A DNA stretch of 64,000 nucleotides from Candidatus Bathyarchaeota archaeon. GTDB lineage: Archaea; Thermoproteota; Bathyarchaeia; Bathyarchaeales; Bathycorpusculaceae. Under the pieces are notes generated by a model that was not told the origin of the DNA, made no database searches, and worked only from the letters and a program-made list of their open reading frames with translations. Position 1 is the first letter of the stretch. Every line of letters begins with the position of its first letter. The stretch spans positions 168,711 to 232,710 of the forward strand of contig JAGTQZ010000003.1 of the NCBI GenBank assembly GCA_018396705.1, in the 5' to 3' direction. Made by a program: the position numbers and the translations under genes. This document shows, piece by piece, positions 34,794-43,864 of the stretch.

Positions 34794-35564
34794 TTGCCCT
34801 ACGATCCTGTTGAACGGCATATTACCGTCGAAAAATTGGTGACACGTCATAGCCCAGAGGGGCAGGAGAGAAAATATTACCGTATAAGACTTGCAAGATG
34901 GTATGGTGGAATAGTCACAGCTGACTGTGTTGGATGCGGTTTATTGTGCCGTTTCTGCTGGGTTTCGGATGTTGTCGCCAATCGACCAGCAAGTGTTGGA
35001 AGCTTTTACACACCAAAAAAAGTTGCTGAAAACCTAATCACCCTTGCAAGAAAATGCAAACTAGACCAACTTAGAATAAGCGGAGGGGAGCCAACCATAG
35101 GGAAAGAACATCTGCTGGCTGTACTTGAAAACTTAGGCAGGGAAAGATATCGTTTCATTCTTGAAACCAACGGCATACTTATAGCTCACGACGAAGACTA
35201 CGCCAAAAATCTGGCAAAATACGATTTCGTCCACGTGAGGGTTTCGCTTAAAGGGTGCAGCGAAGAGGAATTTACAATGCTAACGGGTGCTAAGCCGGAG
35301 GGGTTCAAACTGCAACTTGAAGCCCTCTGGAAGCTTGTTGAGGCTGGTGTAAGCTGCCATCCATCGGTTATGGCTTCTTTTTCAACAAGGGAAAGCCTCC
35401 AATCGCTTATGCATAAACTAAATCAAATAAGTCCTAAACTAGTGGAAGAAATTGAAATTGAAGAGCTTATATTGTACCCGCATGTCATTCGGAGACTACA
35501 AAAGCATGGATTGAAGTATTATTCTGGTTATGCTCCTGAAAGCGTTCCCCCGGAGCAAGTTTAA
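34794..35564 (+). CDS. Radical SAM protein (small archaeal family, function unknown)
   Basis: CxxxCxxC cluster motif CGLLCRFCW, preceded by YYRIRLARWYGGIVTADCVGC. GGEPT SAM-binding motif (ISGGEPTIG). TTG start. Confidence 0.8.
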   Translation: MPYDPVERHITVEKLVTRHSPEGQERKYYRIRLARWYGGIVTADCVGCGLLCRFCWVSDVVANRPASVGSFYTPKKVAENLITLARKCKLDQLRISGGEPTIGKEHLLAVLENLGRERYRFILETNGILIAHDEDYAKNLAKYDFVHVRVSLKGCSEEEFTMLTGAKPEGFKLQLEALWKLVEAGVSCHPSVMASFSTRESLQSLMHKLNQISPKLVEEIEIEELILYPHVIRRLQKHGLKYYSGYAPESVPPEQV

Positions 35565-35953
35565 AGTAATCCACCATGTTTCAGGTAGTAGTTTTCTTCT
35601 TTTTTGGGACCGAAACTTCGAACGCCTTTTTCTTTAAGCTGTTTTCTAAGTTGTAAAGCATATTCACTGCTTATTTCACCCCTTTTCTCCATGTAAGCTA
35701 TTATCTCCTCGGCTTGTTCTTCTGTGTCACATCGGCGTAAAAAGTCAATAACATCTGGGTCATAGTGGATAAAGGGGTCAGCGTGGTTTCTCCGTTTTTC
35801 AGAAACTGCTTTTTCCCCCACTTCAACATTTGTGCGGATAGAATTTATTTGAACTTTGTTTTCGTCTAATTCTATTTCTCTCGCTAGGTTCGGGAAAAGC
35901 TTTTTGAAAGTTTCTTTGTCGAACTCCACATGGTTTACCTTCAAAGGTTTCAT
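35561..35953 (-). CDS. Conserved archaeal protein, DUF2095-like
   Basis: 130 aa. FKKLFPNLAREI ... DPDVIDFLRRCDTEEQAEEIIAYMEKRGEIS ... KGVRSFGPKKEENYY matches my recollection of DUF2095. Confidence 0.5.
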   Translation of the reverse strand: MKPLKVNHVEFDKETFKKLFPNLAREIELDENKVQINSIRTNVEVGEKAVSEKRRNHADPFIHYDPDVIDFLRRCDTEEQAEEIIAYMEKRGEISSEYALQLRKQLKEKGVRSFGPKKEENYYLKHGGLL

Positions 35954-36005
35954 AATCTCAAATGATGATTCTAATATTTAAATGTCTAGCAAGGTTTAAT
36001 GTCGA

Positions 36006-36638
36006 CTAGAATGGAACAAATCTTTTGGTTGGGTTTTTTGATAGCACTTTTTCCAATTCATGAATGTTAAGTCCTGAAATAATGTCTCCATATATTTCGC
36101 AACTTTCTTTTGCGTCATGTTCTGCTTCTGCTTCCGCTTGATTTTTGACTATTATTTCCGCTTCCTCACCAGAGGGTAACTTCGCCAGTACGCGGTAAGC
36201 CCTTTTCCATTTGCCGCCCTTAGTCATGGCTATCCAACCTTTTTCCACTATCTTAATGCCAGCTTGCTCCAGTGTAGCTGAAACTTCTTCAGGCTGGTCA
36301 TGATAGACGTTTATGTCTATATCGCTTTTGTGGTGGATTGTGCCTCGCCAAACGCTACCCACAAGCACCGGGCTATATCTTTTTAAGGTTTTCATAAGAT
36401 TTAGAGCTTCCTGCCGCATTCGGATGAGGCGTTCTTGTCGTGTGGCGCCTTCTTTTTCTTCGGCTATCCTGTCAAGCTCCATTGCAACTTCAAGGTTTGT
36501 TGGCAGAATGCTTGCTTTGAAAGTCTCAGCTGCCTTCAGTTTTGCTTGCTTGTACTCTTTCTCAATTCCTTGGTATAAAAGGTTAGCAGCCTCTCTTGCA
36601 ACTTTTCTTCGGATGCCAGCGTCCATCAGAAAGCCCAA
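36006..36638 (-). CDS. Pol-beta-type nucleotidyltransferase domain protein
   Basis: LVGSVWRGTIHHKSDIDINVY (G[SG]-x(n)-DxD) after a helical N-terminal region. Confidence 0.65.
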   Translation of the reverse strand: MGFLMDAGIRRKVAREAANLLYQGIEKEYKQAKLKAAETFKASILPTNLEVAMELDRIAEEKEGATRQERLIRMRQEALNLMKTLKRYSPVLVGSVWRGTIHHKSDIDINVYHDQPEEVSATLEQAGIKIVEKGWIAMTKGGKWKRAYRVLAKLPSGEEAEIIVKNQAEAEAEHDAKESCEIYGDIISGLNIHELEKVLSKNPTKRFVPF

Positions 36639-36647
36639 TGCAACATT

Positions 36648-37898
36648 TCAGCGTTCTATTATTCGCTCATATAGTTCAATGGTTCTTTCAGCTATTTTGT
36701 CCCATGTGAATTCATTTAAAACTCGGCGTCTTCCGTTTTTGCCAAGCCATTTTTTCTTTTCAGGATTTTCCAAAGCATTTAAAACGCCCCAAGCGATGTC
36801 CGCTGGGTTGTTTGGGTTGATGTGAAAGCCACATTGCTCCTCACCGCATGGCACGACTATTTCGCGCATTCCGCTTATGCCCGCTGCGCCTACAACGACT
36901 GGACGCTCCATGCTCATGGCTTCCAGTGCAACTATCCCAAAGGGTTCGTAGAGGCTTGGGAAAACCGCCACATCGCATGCCGCGTAGTGAAGGATGCGTT
37001 CATCTTCTGGCAAGAATTGGAAGTTAAATTTTACAGCATCTTGGAGCTTCATCATCCTTACGAGGTTAACAAGGTAGTCTTGCATGTCGCCTAATCCAAC
37101 AATAACCAGTTTTGCGTTTGGGATTTTCTGCAGTATATGAGGCATCGCCATTACAAGTTTGTCAACGCCTTTGACACCTACGAGTCTTCCAATGAACAGA
37201 ATCATAGGTTCTTCGGGTTTTATGCCGTAAAACTCTCTTACGCGGGTTATTTGTTCCTGGGTTACTGTTTCTGGATTGTATTTCTGTGGGTCGACACCAT
37301 TGTAGCAAACCTCTATCTTATCCTTAGGGAAGCCTAGCGATATTAATTCGTCCTTCATGGCATAGGAAACTGTGATAACCATGTCTGCAGCTCTAGCCCC
37401 GCGAAGTTCTATGTTGCTAACAACCTCCGAGCCGTTTCCAAGCGTTCTGCCCCTCTCTGTGGAGTGGACGTGGAAAGCCAGCGGCAGGCCGGTCTCTTTT
37501 TTAACGGTTATGCCGGCTATAACTGAAAGCCAATCATGGGCAACTACAATGTCAAACTTGAAGCCTTCTTTGGCGATAAGCTCGTTAACAAGTTTTGAAG
37601 CACTTAAATAGTTATAAACTAAAATTTTTGAGAAAAGCTGTATGCCCCTGCCCCATTTTTTAACGTCTTCAGCCACCACGTCTGGCAGAGAATCCGAAAT
37701 GTCAATGTGTAATGGCCGGTGGATTTCTATGCCGCGCCAAATTTCTCTCGTTGGAAGAGTGCCCTCGTCATCATTCATTGTGAAAACTGTAACGTCATGA
37801 TCCATCAAAACGAATTTACGTGTAATTTCAGCTGCGTACGTGCCTAAGCCACCAACGATTTTAGGCGGGTACTCGTAGACAAGTACAGCCATCTTCAT
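36648..37898 (-). CDS. GT-B glycosyltransferase (GT4/GT5, glycogen-synthase-like)
   Basis: N-terminus MAVLVYEYPPKIVGGLGTYAAEI. C-terminal PSLYEPFGIVALEAMSMERPVVV (E-x7-E). Confidence 0.8.
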   Translation of the reverse strand: MKMAVLVYEYPPKIVGGLGTYAAEITRKFVLMDHDVTVFTMNDDEGTLPTREIWRGIEIHRPLHIDISDSLPDVVAEDVKKWGRGIQLFSKILVYNYLSASKLVNELIAKEGFKFDIVVAHDWLSVIAGITVKKETGLPLAFHVHSTERGRTLGNGSEVVSNIELRGARAADMVITVSYAMKDELISLGFPKDKIEVCYNGVDPQKYNPETVTQEQITRVREFYGIKPEEPMILFIGRLVGVKGVDKLVMAMPHILQKIPNAKLVIVGLGDMQDYLVNLVRMMKLQDAVKFNFQFLPEDERILHYAACDVAVFPSLYEPFGIVALEAMSMERPVVVGAAGISGMREIVVPCGEEQCGFHINPNNPADIAWGVLNALENPEKKKWLGKNGRRRVLNEFTWDKIAERTIELYERIIER

Positions 37899-38069
37899 AG
37901 TGTTTCCCAGTCTTCGTTTACTTTTTAGTGTGCTGGCTTATTTGCGTTTTCTAATGCGAAACAAATTGATTGTTTTAGTTTTTGCTTCTCTGATATTGAT
38001 TAGATGTCCATAATCTTTATGTGATATCTCACTGGAGGCTTACCTGATATTGGCTTAGGAAGTATACAG

Positions 38070-40019
38070 TTGATGTCGTATAGCGACGAGGGAGATGAAC
38101 AAAGAATACGTGAAAGTGAAGTTAGGTTTAAACGGTTATTCATGGATAGCCCTGATGCTTGTGTTTATTTAGATCCGAACTTTCATGTTTTAGATATTAA
38201 TCCTCGTTTCACGGAACTTTTTGGCTACACATCGGAGGAAATCAAAGGTAAAAACATTAACGACGTGGTTGTACCAAATGATAAAATTGATGAGGCAAGG
38301 GAACTAAACAAAAAAGCGCTTGAAGGCCCCTTTTGTTTCGAAACGGTCAGAAAAAGGAGAGATGGCTCCTTAATACCAGTGTCCTTGTCTATAGCTCCAA
38401 TAAAATTTAAAGGTAAACTTTTAGGGGCGGTGGGAATATATAGAGACATAACAGAGAGAAAACGTTATGAGGAACGCCTATCTGCGTTGAACTTTTACGG
38501 CCACAGCCTAAACGCTGCCAAAAGTATGAAAGAAATCTACAACCTAATATTGGACGCTTTACAAAAGGTGCTTGGGTTTGAGTATGCTGAAGTAATGATG
38601 ATTAGCGGAAACACGCTTCGTGTTGTCGCCTGCCGTGGATATTCGCAACCCATTTGCTCTGATTTGCCTCTTGATGGCAGTAAGAGCGGTGTAGCCGTAG
38701 AGGTGGCAAGAACAGGCAAGTCAATTCTAGTGTCAGACGTTAGGAATGAAGGTGATCTCGTTAGAGTTAAATATGGAGTTCTCTCCGAACTTGCCGTACC
38801 TATCAAAGTTGGTAACAAAGTCCTTGGAGTTTTAAATGTTGAAAGTAAAAGGGCAGCTGCTTTCAGCGAAAAGGACCAAGAGTTACTTGAAATCTTGGCG
38901 TCTCATGCTGCAACCGCAATAAGCAACCTAAAGCATGCCCAAAACCTAGAAAAATACGCACGTAAGATCAAAGCGAGCCAAGAAAAATTTGAAAAGTTGT
39001 TTATGAACAACCCGGAAGCCGCTGTTTATACGGATTCGAACTTTCGCATATTAGATATTAATCCTCGTTTCACGGAGCTTTTCGGCTACACGCTCAAAGA
39101 AATTAAAGGTAAGCATATTGATGATGTATTAGTGCCTAAAGACCTTATCAAAGAGGGGCTTATGTTAAACGAAAAAGCCGAGAAGGGGTATATCTATTAC
39201 GACAGTATCAGACAAAGAAAAGATGGAACTTTAATTCCAGTATCCATATCTGCAGCTCCAATAGTTATAGATGGAAAACTTGTCGGCACTATAGGAATAT
39301 ACAAAGATATTTCACACTTGAAAAAAATTGAAAAAGAATTGAGGGATGCGCTGGAAAAGTTGCGTGTTGTCGGCAAATTGACGAGACATGACGTGCGAAA
39401 TAAACTATCAGCAGTTGTTGGTAATGTTTACTTAATTAAAAAAAGATTGGCCGACAATCATGAAGCTTTAAGGTATTTAGAAGAAATAGAGGGTGTCATT
39501 AAACAAATCGAGAGAATCCTTAATTTCGCTGCGACATATGAGTTGCTTGGTGTTGAAGAGTTAGTATACATCGACGTCGAGAAAACCATTCAAGAAGCGG
39601 TTTCGCTATTTACAGACCTTAAAGGCGTCAAAGTAATGAATAAATGCAAAGGCTTGAAAGTGTTAGCAGATTCATTGCTGAGACAAATCTTTTACAATCT
39701 TATCGATAACTCTTTGAAGTATGGCAAGAAAATAAAGAAAATTAGAGTATATTATGAAAAGACAAGCGAAGAACAGTTAAATCTGATCTATGAAGATGAT
39801 GGTGTAGGTATACCTAAAAAAGAAAAGGAACTAATTTTCAAGGAGGGCTATGGAAAAGGTACGGGTTATGGTTTGTATTTGATAAGAAAAATCTGTGAAG
39901 GCTACGGTTGGACGATACAGGAAACAGGCGAATATGGAAAGGGAGTCAAGTTTACTATGACCATACCAAAAATAAATATAAGAAGTGGAAAGGCAAACTG
40001 GAAATTTGATGAACGTTAA
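38070..40019 (+). CDS. Sensor histidine kinase: PAS - GAF - PAS - HisKA-like - HATPase_c
   Basis: Two PAS domains, each containing LDINPRFTELFGYT. GAF-like middle region (YAEVMMISGNTLRVVACRGY...ELAVPIKVGNKVLGVLNVES). H-box LTRHDVRNKL. N box LIDNSLKYG. G boxes DDGVGIP and GTGYGLYL. Confidence 0.85.
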   Translation: MMSYSDEGDEQRIRESEVRFKRLFMDSPDACVYLDPNFHVLDINPRFTELFGYTSEEIKGKNINDVVVPNDKIDEARELNKKALEGPFCFETVRKRRDGSLIPVSLSIAPIKFKGKLLGAVGIYRDITERKRYEERLSALNFYGHSLNAAKSMKEIYNLILDALQKVLGFEYAEVMMISGNTLRVVACRGYSQPICSDLPLDGSKSGVAVEVARTGKSILVSDVRNEGDLVRVKYGVLSELAVPIKVGNKVLGVLNVESKRAAAFSEKDQELLEILASHAATAISNLKHAQNLEKYARKIKASQEKFEKLFMNNPEAAVYTDSNFRILDINPRFTELFGYTLKEIKGKHIDDVLVPKDLIKEGLMLNEKAEKGYIYYDSIRQRKDGTLIPVSISAAPIVIDGKLVGTIGIYKDISHLKKIEKELRDALEKLRVVGKLTRHDVRNKLSAVVGNVYLIKKRLADNHEALRYLEEIEGVIKQIERILNFAATYELLGVEELVYIDVEKTIQEAVSLFTDLKGVKVMNKCKGLKVLADSLLRQIFYNLIDNSLKYGKKIKKIRVYYEKTSEEQLNLIYEDDGVGIPKKEKELIFKEGYGKGTGYGLYLIRKICEGYGWTIQETGEYGKGVKFTMTIPKINIRSGKANWKFDER

Positions 40020-40090
40020 TCGCATCGAACACTGAAAACTGGAGTTGGAGATACCACTTGTGTTTTAACGTCCAACGGTGTGCTGAGTAA

Positions 40091-40846
40091 TCAAAATTTT
40101 CGGAGCCACTCGTTTATCTGCTTGTCAAGTCTTTTGTTTTTGGGCTTTTTTCCTCTCCATGAGCCTATGTAACCTCCGATTGATTCGTAAGCTTTTGTGG
40201 CAAGGGCGTCAGCTTCCCTCTTTTTGAAGTTTCGCCAGGCAGGGTTATGTTTAAACTTTTTTGGTTGAATCCATTCTGTGGAGAAGCTGTCAACTTTATT
40301 TGGTTTTAGGCATACACAAACCACGTTTAATTTACGATGAAAACTTAATGGGCATGTGAAGACTCTACCAGCATCCATCCTATTTTCGACACGTATATTT
40401 CCAGCGCATAGTTTTTCAGAGATCTTTGGCAATGCATGAAGATTTACATACTCCACGATAGCGTAAGCCAAGTCTAATGGATGTGCTCCGTTGAGAGCGT
40501 CTTCAGAGATTGCTTCTTCGTGAATGTGGATGTGGCAACCGTTCCCAGACCATTTAATGTAAACGGAATCTTTCACACCTTCGTTTTCGAGAAAAGCAAT
40601 TATTCGCTTTGCAACAGCTATGGTCTCCTGCCAGTTTGAAAGTTTGCTGTTAACATCCCATGTTGGAGTGCAGCGGGCTACATTTGAAAGTGCGCGCACG
40701 TCTCCAACATTATTCACTGAGCGGTATTTGTTAGCTGACGCATAAATGGTTCTCACTTGAAAATTCATTGCTCTCAAAAGTTCTTGGAAATCTCTTACCT
40801 CCTTGACTGTTAGTGGTTTGCCCTTAATGTATCTTCTGAAAACCAA
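40091..40846 (-). CDS. Compact archaeo-eukaryotic primase (AEP) superfamily protein, PriS-like, with a DxN variant of motif I
   Basis: IYASANKY ... TPTWDVNS (where PriS has hhFDhD), YIKWSGNGCHIHIH (motif II, SG-x-G-x-H), VENRMDAGRVFTCPLSFHRK (motif III, D...R-x-P-x-S-x-H-x-K). 251 aa, with no Zn-stem insertion. Confidence 0.55.
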   Translation of the reverse strand: MVFRRYIKGKPLTVKEVRDFQELLRAMNFQVRTIYASANKYRSVNNVGDVRALSNVARCTPTWDVNSKLSNWQETIAVAKRIIAFLENEGVKDSVYIKWSGNGCHIHIHEEAISEDALNGAHPLDLAYAIVEYVNLHALPKISEKLCAGNIRVENRMDAGRVFTCPLSFHRKLNVVCVCLKPNKVDSFSTEWIQPKKFKHNPAWRNFKKREADALATKAYESIGGYIGSWRGKKPKNKRLDKQINEWLRKF

Positions 40847-40937
40847 TTCACCCTTTTCGTTTACGCAATGAGTTGCAATCCACCTTTAGGCGCAGAAGCC
40901 CGCTATTTCTTTTTGAACATCCAGTCTAGAATAATGT

Positions 40938-41762
40938 TCAAGGACTAGATTCCGGTTGTTCAAACCTTCTTTTCTCCATCGTCCTCTCAATCTTCTCCAT
41001 AACTTTTCTGGGCAAAGCTATATCTTCTATACGTTCCTCCACCGGTCCCAGAATCACAAGTCCTTTTCCAGGTTCAATGGCGATTTCGTGCATTTGGAGA
41101 CTATGATACGTTTGTCGCATTTTTTCTACAAGCAAATAACGCTTTAAAACGCCGTTTCGTACAAAACGCCTAAACCTTATTATGCCATCTGCTATGTGCT
41201 CGACGCCCCAGCCGAAAGCCTCAGAAGTGGTTATGGCATATTGGGATGTCGCCAAAATGGTGAAGCCCCATTTTGCTAAAACCTTCTTGACAAAATAGGA
41301 ATGCCGTCGTGCCATGGCAGGCTTGTCAAGCCAAAAAGCTGAAAGCGAATCAATAACTAAGCGGGCTCTCCCATAACCCAAAGCCTTTTTCGCCTCAATA
41401 ACCTTGTTTACAAGCTCTTCAACGCTTAATGTTTTAATGGTCCACTGATCTTCGGTTCCCATCAAAGCGTCAATCAAAACAAGTCTTCCATTTTTTATAG
41501 CGCTGGCAAAGTCGAAGCCGAACTGTGCAGCCTGCGTTACTATAGACTCTCTACTTTCCTCAGTTGTCACATAAATACACTTGTCTTCGTCGGATAAACC
41601 TTGCGCAATGAAATGAATACATAGAATAGTTTTCCCGGTGCCCGGTTCACCAGTGACGGCTACACAGAAACCTCTTGGAATACCGCCTGCAAGCATTTTG
41701 TCAAGAGCATGCACGCCAGTCGAAAGTCTTTCTACAGCCAAACTGAGCCCTTCAGCAAACAT
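40938..41762 (-). CDS. Single-domain KaiC/RadA-like (aRadC-type) ATPase
   Basis: STGVHALDKMLAGGIPRGFCVAVTGEPGTGKTILCIHFIAQGL (Walker A) and RLVIDSLS (Walker B). Confidence 0.85.
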   Translation of the reverse strand: MFAEGLSLAVERLSTGVHALDKMLAGGIPRGFCVAVTGEPGTGKTILCIHFIAQGLSDEDKCIYVTTEESRESIVTQAAQFGFDFASAIKNGRLVLIDALMGTEDQWTIKTLSVEELVNKVIEAKKALGYGRARLVIDSLSAFWLDKPAMARRHSYFVKKVLAKWGFTILATSQYAITTSEAFGWGVEHIADGIIRFRRFVRNGVLKRYLLVEKMRQTYHSLQMHEIAIEPGKGLVILGPVEERIEDIALPRKVMEKIERTMEKRRFEQPESSP

Positions 41763-41932
41763 TATTATAAAAAATCCTTCTATTAGGGTTTATCATGGTT
41801 AAAATTTTGGTTGACTTCATAAGTTAATATTCAAACTTTTGGATTTAAAGGCTGACTCGAAGTATATATGAGGAAGAGGCATCAAAAAATTGTAAAACTG
41901 AGAAAATCCGCATGGAACAACCAGTAAATTTG

Positions 41933-43054
41933 TTAGACTGGCACAAACTTTTCCTTAAGCTTTTCAATGATCTGAGGCAAAGTTGTGTACTCCATGGATT
42001 CGACGCCTAAGCGGGCTGGCTCAAATTCGCCCATGTGCCTAAGCATGGCTGCAAGCTTCAAGGCTTCCTTCCTTGCCTTTTCAAAAGCTGGATCTGCGAA
42101 AAAGTCTGCTATCATAGGGTTGCCTTCATCGTCGCTCGCTATTGTCCCGTTACAAACTTGGAAGCCTAAAGCCACAAGTCTTGGAGGACCATCAAAAATT
42201 GTGCACCGTGCGTCATTCAACCCCACGGGCATTATGGGTCCCCAGTGGCTTCCTCGCATCCAACCTGCCACAAGGTAGCTATGCATAAAAGGTACAAGAA
42301 TTTCGCCGACAGCCGGTAAGCCATACTGAGCGCGTACAATCATGACGGGGTCATCTTTTCCAACGTATTTTCCAGCAATAAGTGAAAGCTTTGTTACGCT
42401 GCTTGAAGCGCATATTAAATCGTCTCGGGCTCGCCAAACCCTTGAAACTATGTATCGTTCAACAGTGCCTATTAACGCTACAAGCTCATACATTTCTTCT
42501 GGACATTTAAGGACAACTTTCTTTCCTTCCTTTGTGTCCACAACCTCGAACTTGAAACCTCCAGCCATGTTTGGATCTATAACGAGGCCAGCAGTGTTCA
42601 TTGGATCCGCAAAAATGCGGAAAAGTGGCAAGTTAAAGCATCCAGCTGATGTTTTGTCTGCTGCAAAAACTACTATTGGGTCTGATTTGCGTTCTTCAAT
42701 TTCCATTTCAGCTACACCAGGGCCTAATCCACGAATGTTCCCGCTGAAAGCATTTTTCAACAAGTCTTGCCCCGCTCCGTAAAGCTTCAGCTCTAAAGCT
42801 TTACTAGCAGCCTCTTGGAAGGTGTTCCATGCAAGCTGGTGAATTTCCCGGTTTGACTCACCCCTCTCATGCACCATAAGAAGCTGTAAGTCGTCTCCAA
42901 CGTTGAAAACATAGTAACTGTTTATTAAGCCTTTTTCCTTAGCTTTTTCAAGGTTTCTATTTGCTATTTCAAGTAATGGTTTAGGAACCACATGGTGTCC
43001 AGCCAGGGAACCTACATCACATTTTATAATTGAAATCGTGGTTTTCTTGGCCAT
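41933..43054 (-). CDS. fbp: Bifunctional fructose-1,6-bisphosphate aldolase/phosphatase (class V FBPase)
   Basis: TISIIKCDVGSLAGHHVVPKPLLE N-terminus and 373-aa length are typical of archaeal FBPA/P. Confidence 0.9.
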   Translation of the reverse strand: MAKKTTISIIKCDVGSLAGHHVVPKPLLEIANRNLEKAKEKGLINSYYVFNVGDDLQLLMVHERGESNREIHQLAWNTFQEAASKALELKLYGAGQDLLKNAFSGNIRGLGPGVAEMEIEERKSDPIVVFAADKTSAGCFNLPLFRIFADPMNTAGLVIDPNMAGGFKFEVVDTKEGKKVVLKCPEEMYELVALIGTVERYIVSRVWRARDDLICASSSVTKLSLIAGKYVGKDDPVMIVRAQYGLPAVGEILVPFMHSYLVAGWMRGSHWGPIMPVGLNDARCTIFDGPPRLVALGFQVCNGTIASDDEGNPMIADFFADPAFEKARKEALKLAAMLRHMGEFEPARLGVESMEYTTLPQIIEKLKEKFVPV

Positions 43055-43164
43055 GAAATACCCACTTTGCCAAGCAGATTACGGTTAAAAGTTAGAACCT
43101 CTAGCTTTTAAAAGGTTTACCGAAGAAAATAGGGAATAGTTAACATTAGCCTAGCGGTGGTAAT

Positions 43165-43665
43165 ATGAGCGAGTTAAAAGTGGTTTCCGTGAAAATTCCT
43201 GAAGAAGTTTATCAAGAACTAGTCTTGCGGGTTCCAGAAGGCGAAAGAAGTAACTTCATAAGAGACGCTATAATTGAGAAACTTCAAAAAACGCCGAGGC
43301 CGGACAAGATTCTCGAAATTGAAAGACGATTAGAAAAGCTTGAGGCTGAATTCTCCCAAATAAGAAAGTATCTCGCAGACTTGGAGCTTCTTACACATGA
43401 AAGAGGCAAAGCAAACCCCTACGCCTTCTGCTTAGACGAATTAGACCATAAGATCATAGATTACCTAATACACTATAAAGGTGCCACAACGCCTGAGATA
43501 GCTGAATACTTGAAAACAAATAGGTGGCTGATATTGAACAGGCTTAAAAGGATAGAGAAAAACTCCAAAAAACAACTCGGCAAACCAATAATAGAATACT
43601 ATCCAGGCGAAAAAACTGGCAAGAAAAAAGCGTGGTGGTTAAACGATGAGCTTATAGAAATTTAA
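43165..43665 (+). CDS. DNA-binding protein, ribbon-helix-helix N-terminus plus winged-helix C-terminus
   Basis: VSVKIPEEVYQELVLRVPEGERSNFIRDAIIEKL (CopG-like RHH). DHKIIDYLIHYKGATTPEIAEYLKTNRWLILNRLKRIEK (wHTH). Confidence 0.6.
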   Translation: MSELKVVSVKIPEEVYQELVLRVPEGERSNFIRDAIIEKLQKTPRPDKILEIERRLEKLEAEFSQIRKYLADLELLTHERGKANPYAFCLDELDHKIIDYLIHYKGATTPEIAEYLKTNRWLILNRLKRIEKNSKKQLGKPIIEYYPGEKTGKKKAWWLNDELIEI

Positions 43666-43727
43666 AAGCCCTATACAGCACCGATAATCATTAATTCCTA
43701 GAAAAAGCTTAACTTCCCTTAAAAGAT

Positions 43728-43839
43728 GGGCCCGTAGCCCAGCAAGGATTAAGGCGCCGAACATGTATCATGGAGAAGCCGTGACATGCGCGTAGGCCTC
43801 CGGAGCCGGAGAACCGGGGTTCAAATCCCCGCGGGCCCG
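43728..43839 (+). tRNA. tRNA-Arg (anticodon CCG) with a ~36-nt intron inside the 5' strand of the anticodon stem (about position 29/30)
   Basis: Exons gggcccgtagcccagcaaggattaaggcgccg + gcctCCGgagccggagaaccggggttcaaatccccgcgggcccg give a 76-nt cloverleaf co-linear with the intron-less tRNA-Arg(TCG) at 58771..58846. The intervening ~43760..43795 (aacatgtatcatggagaagccgtgacatgcgcgtag) contains an internal stem catgt/acatg. Confidence 0.8.
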
Positions 43840-43864
43840 CTAAGAATTCTGTTGAAATTTTGAT

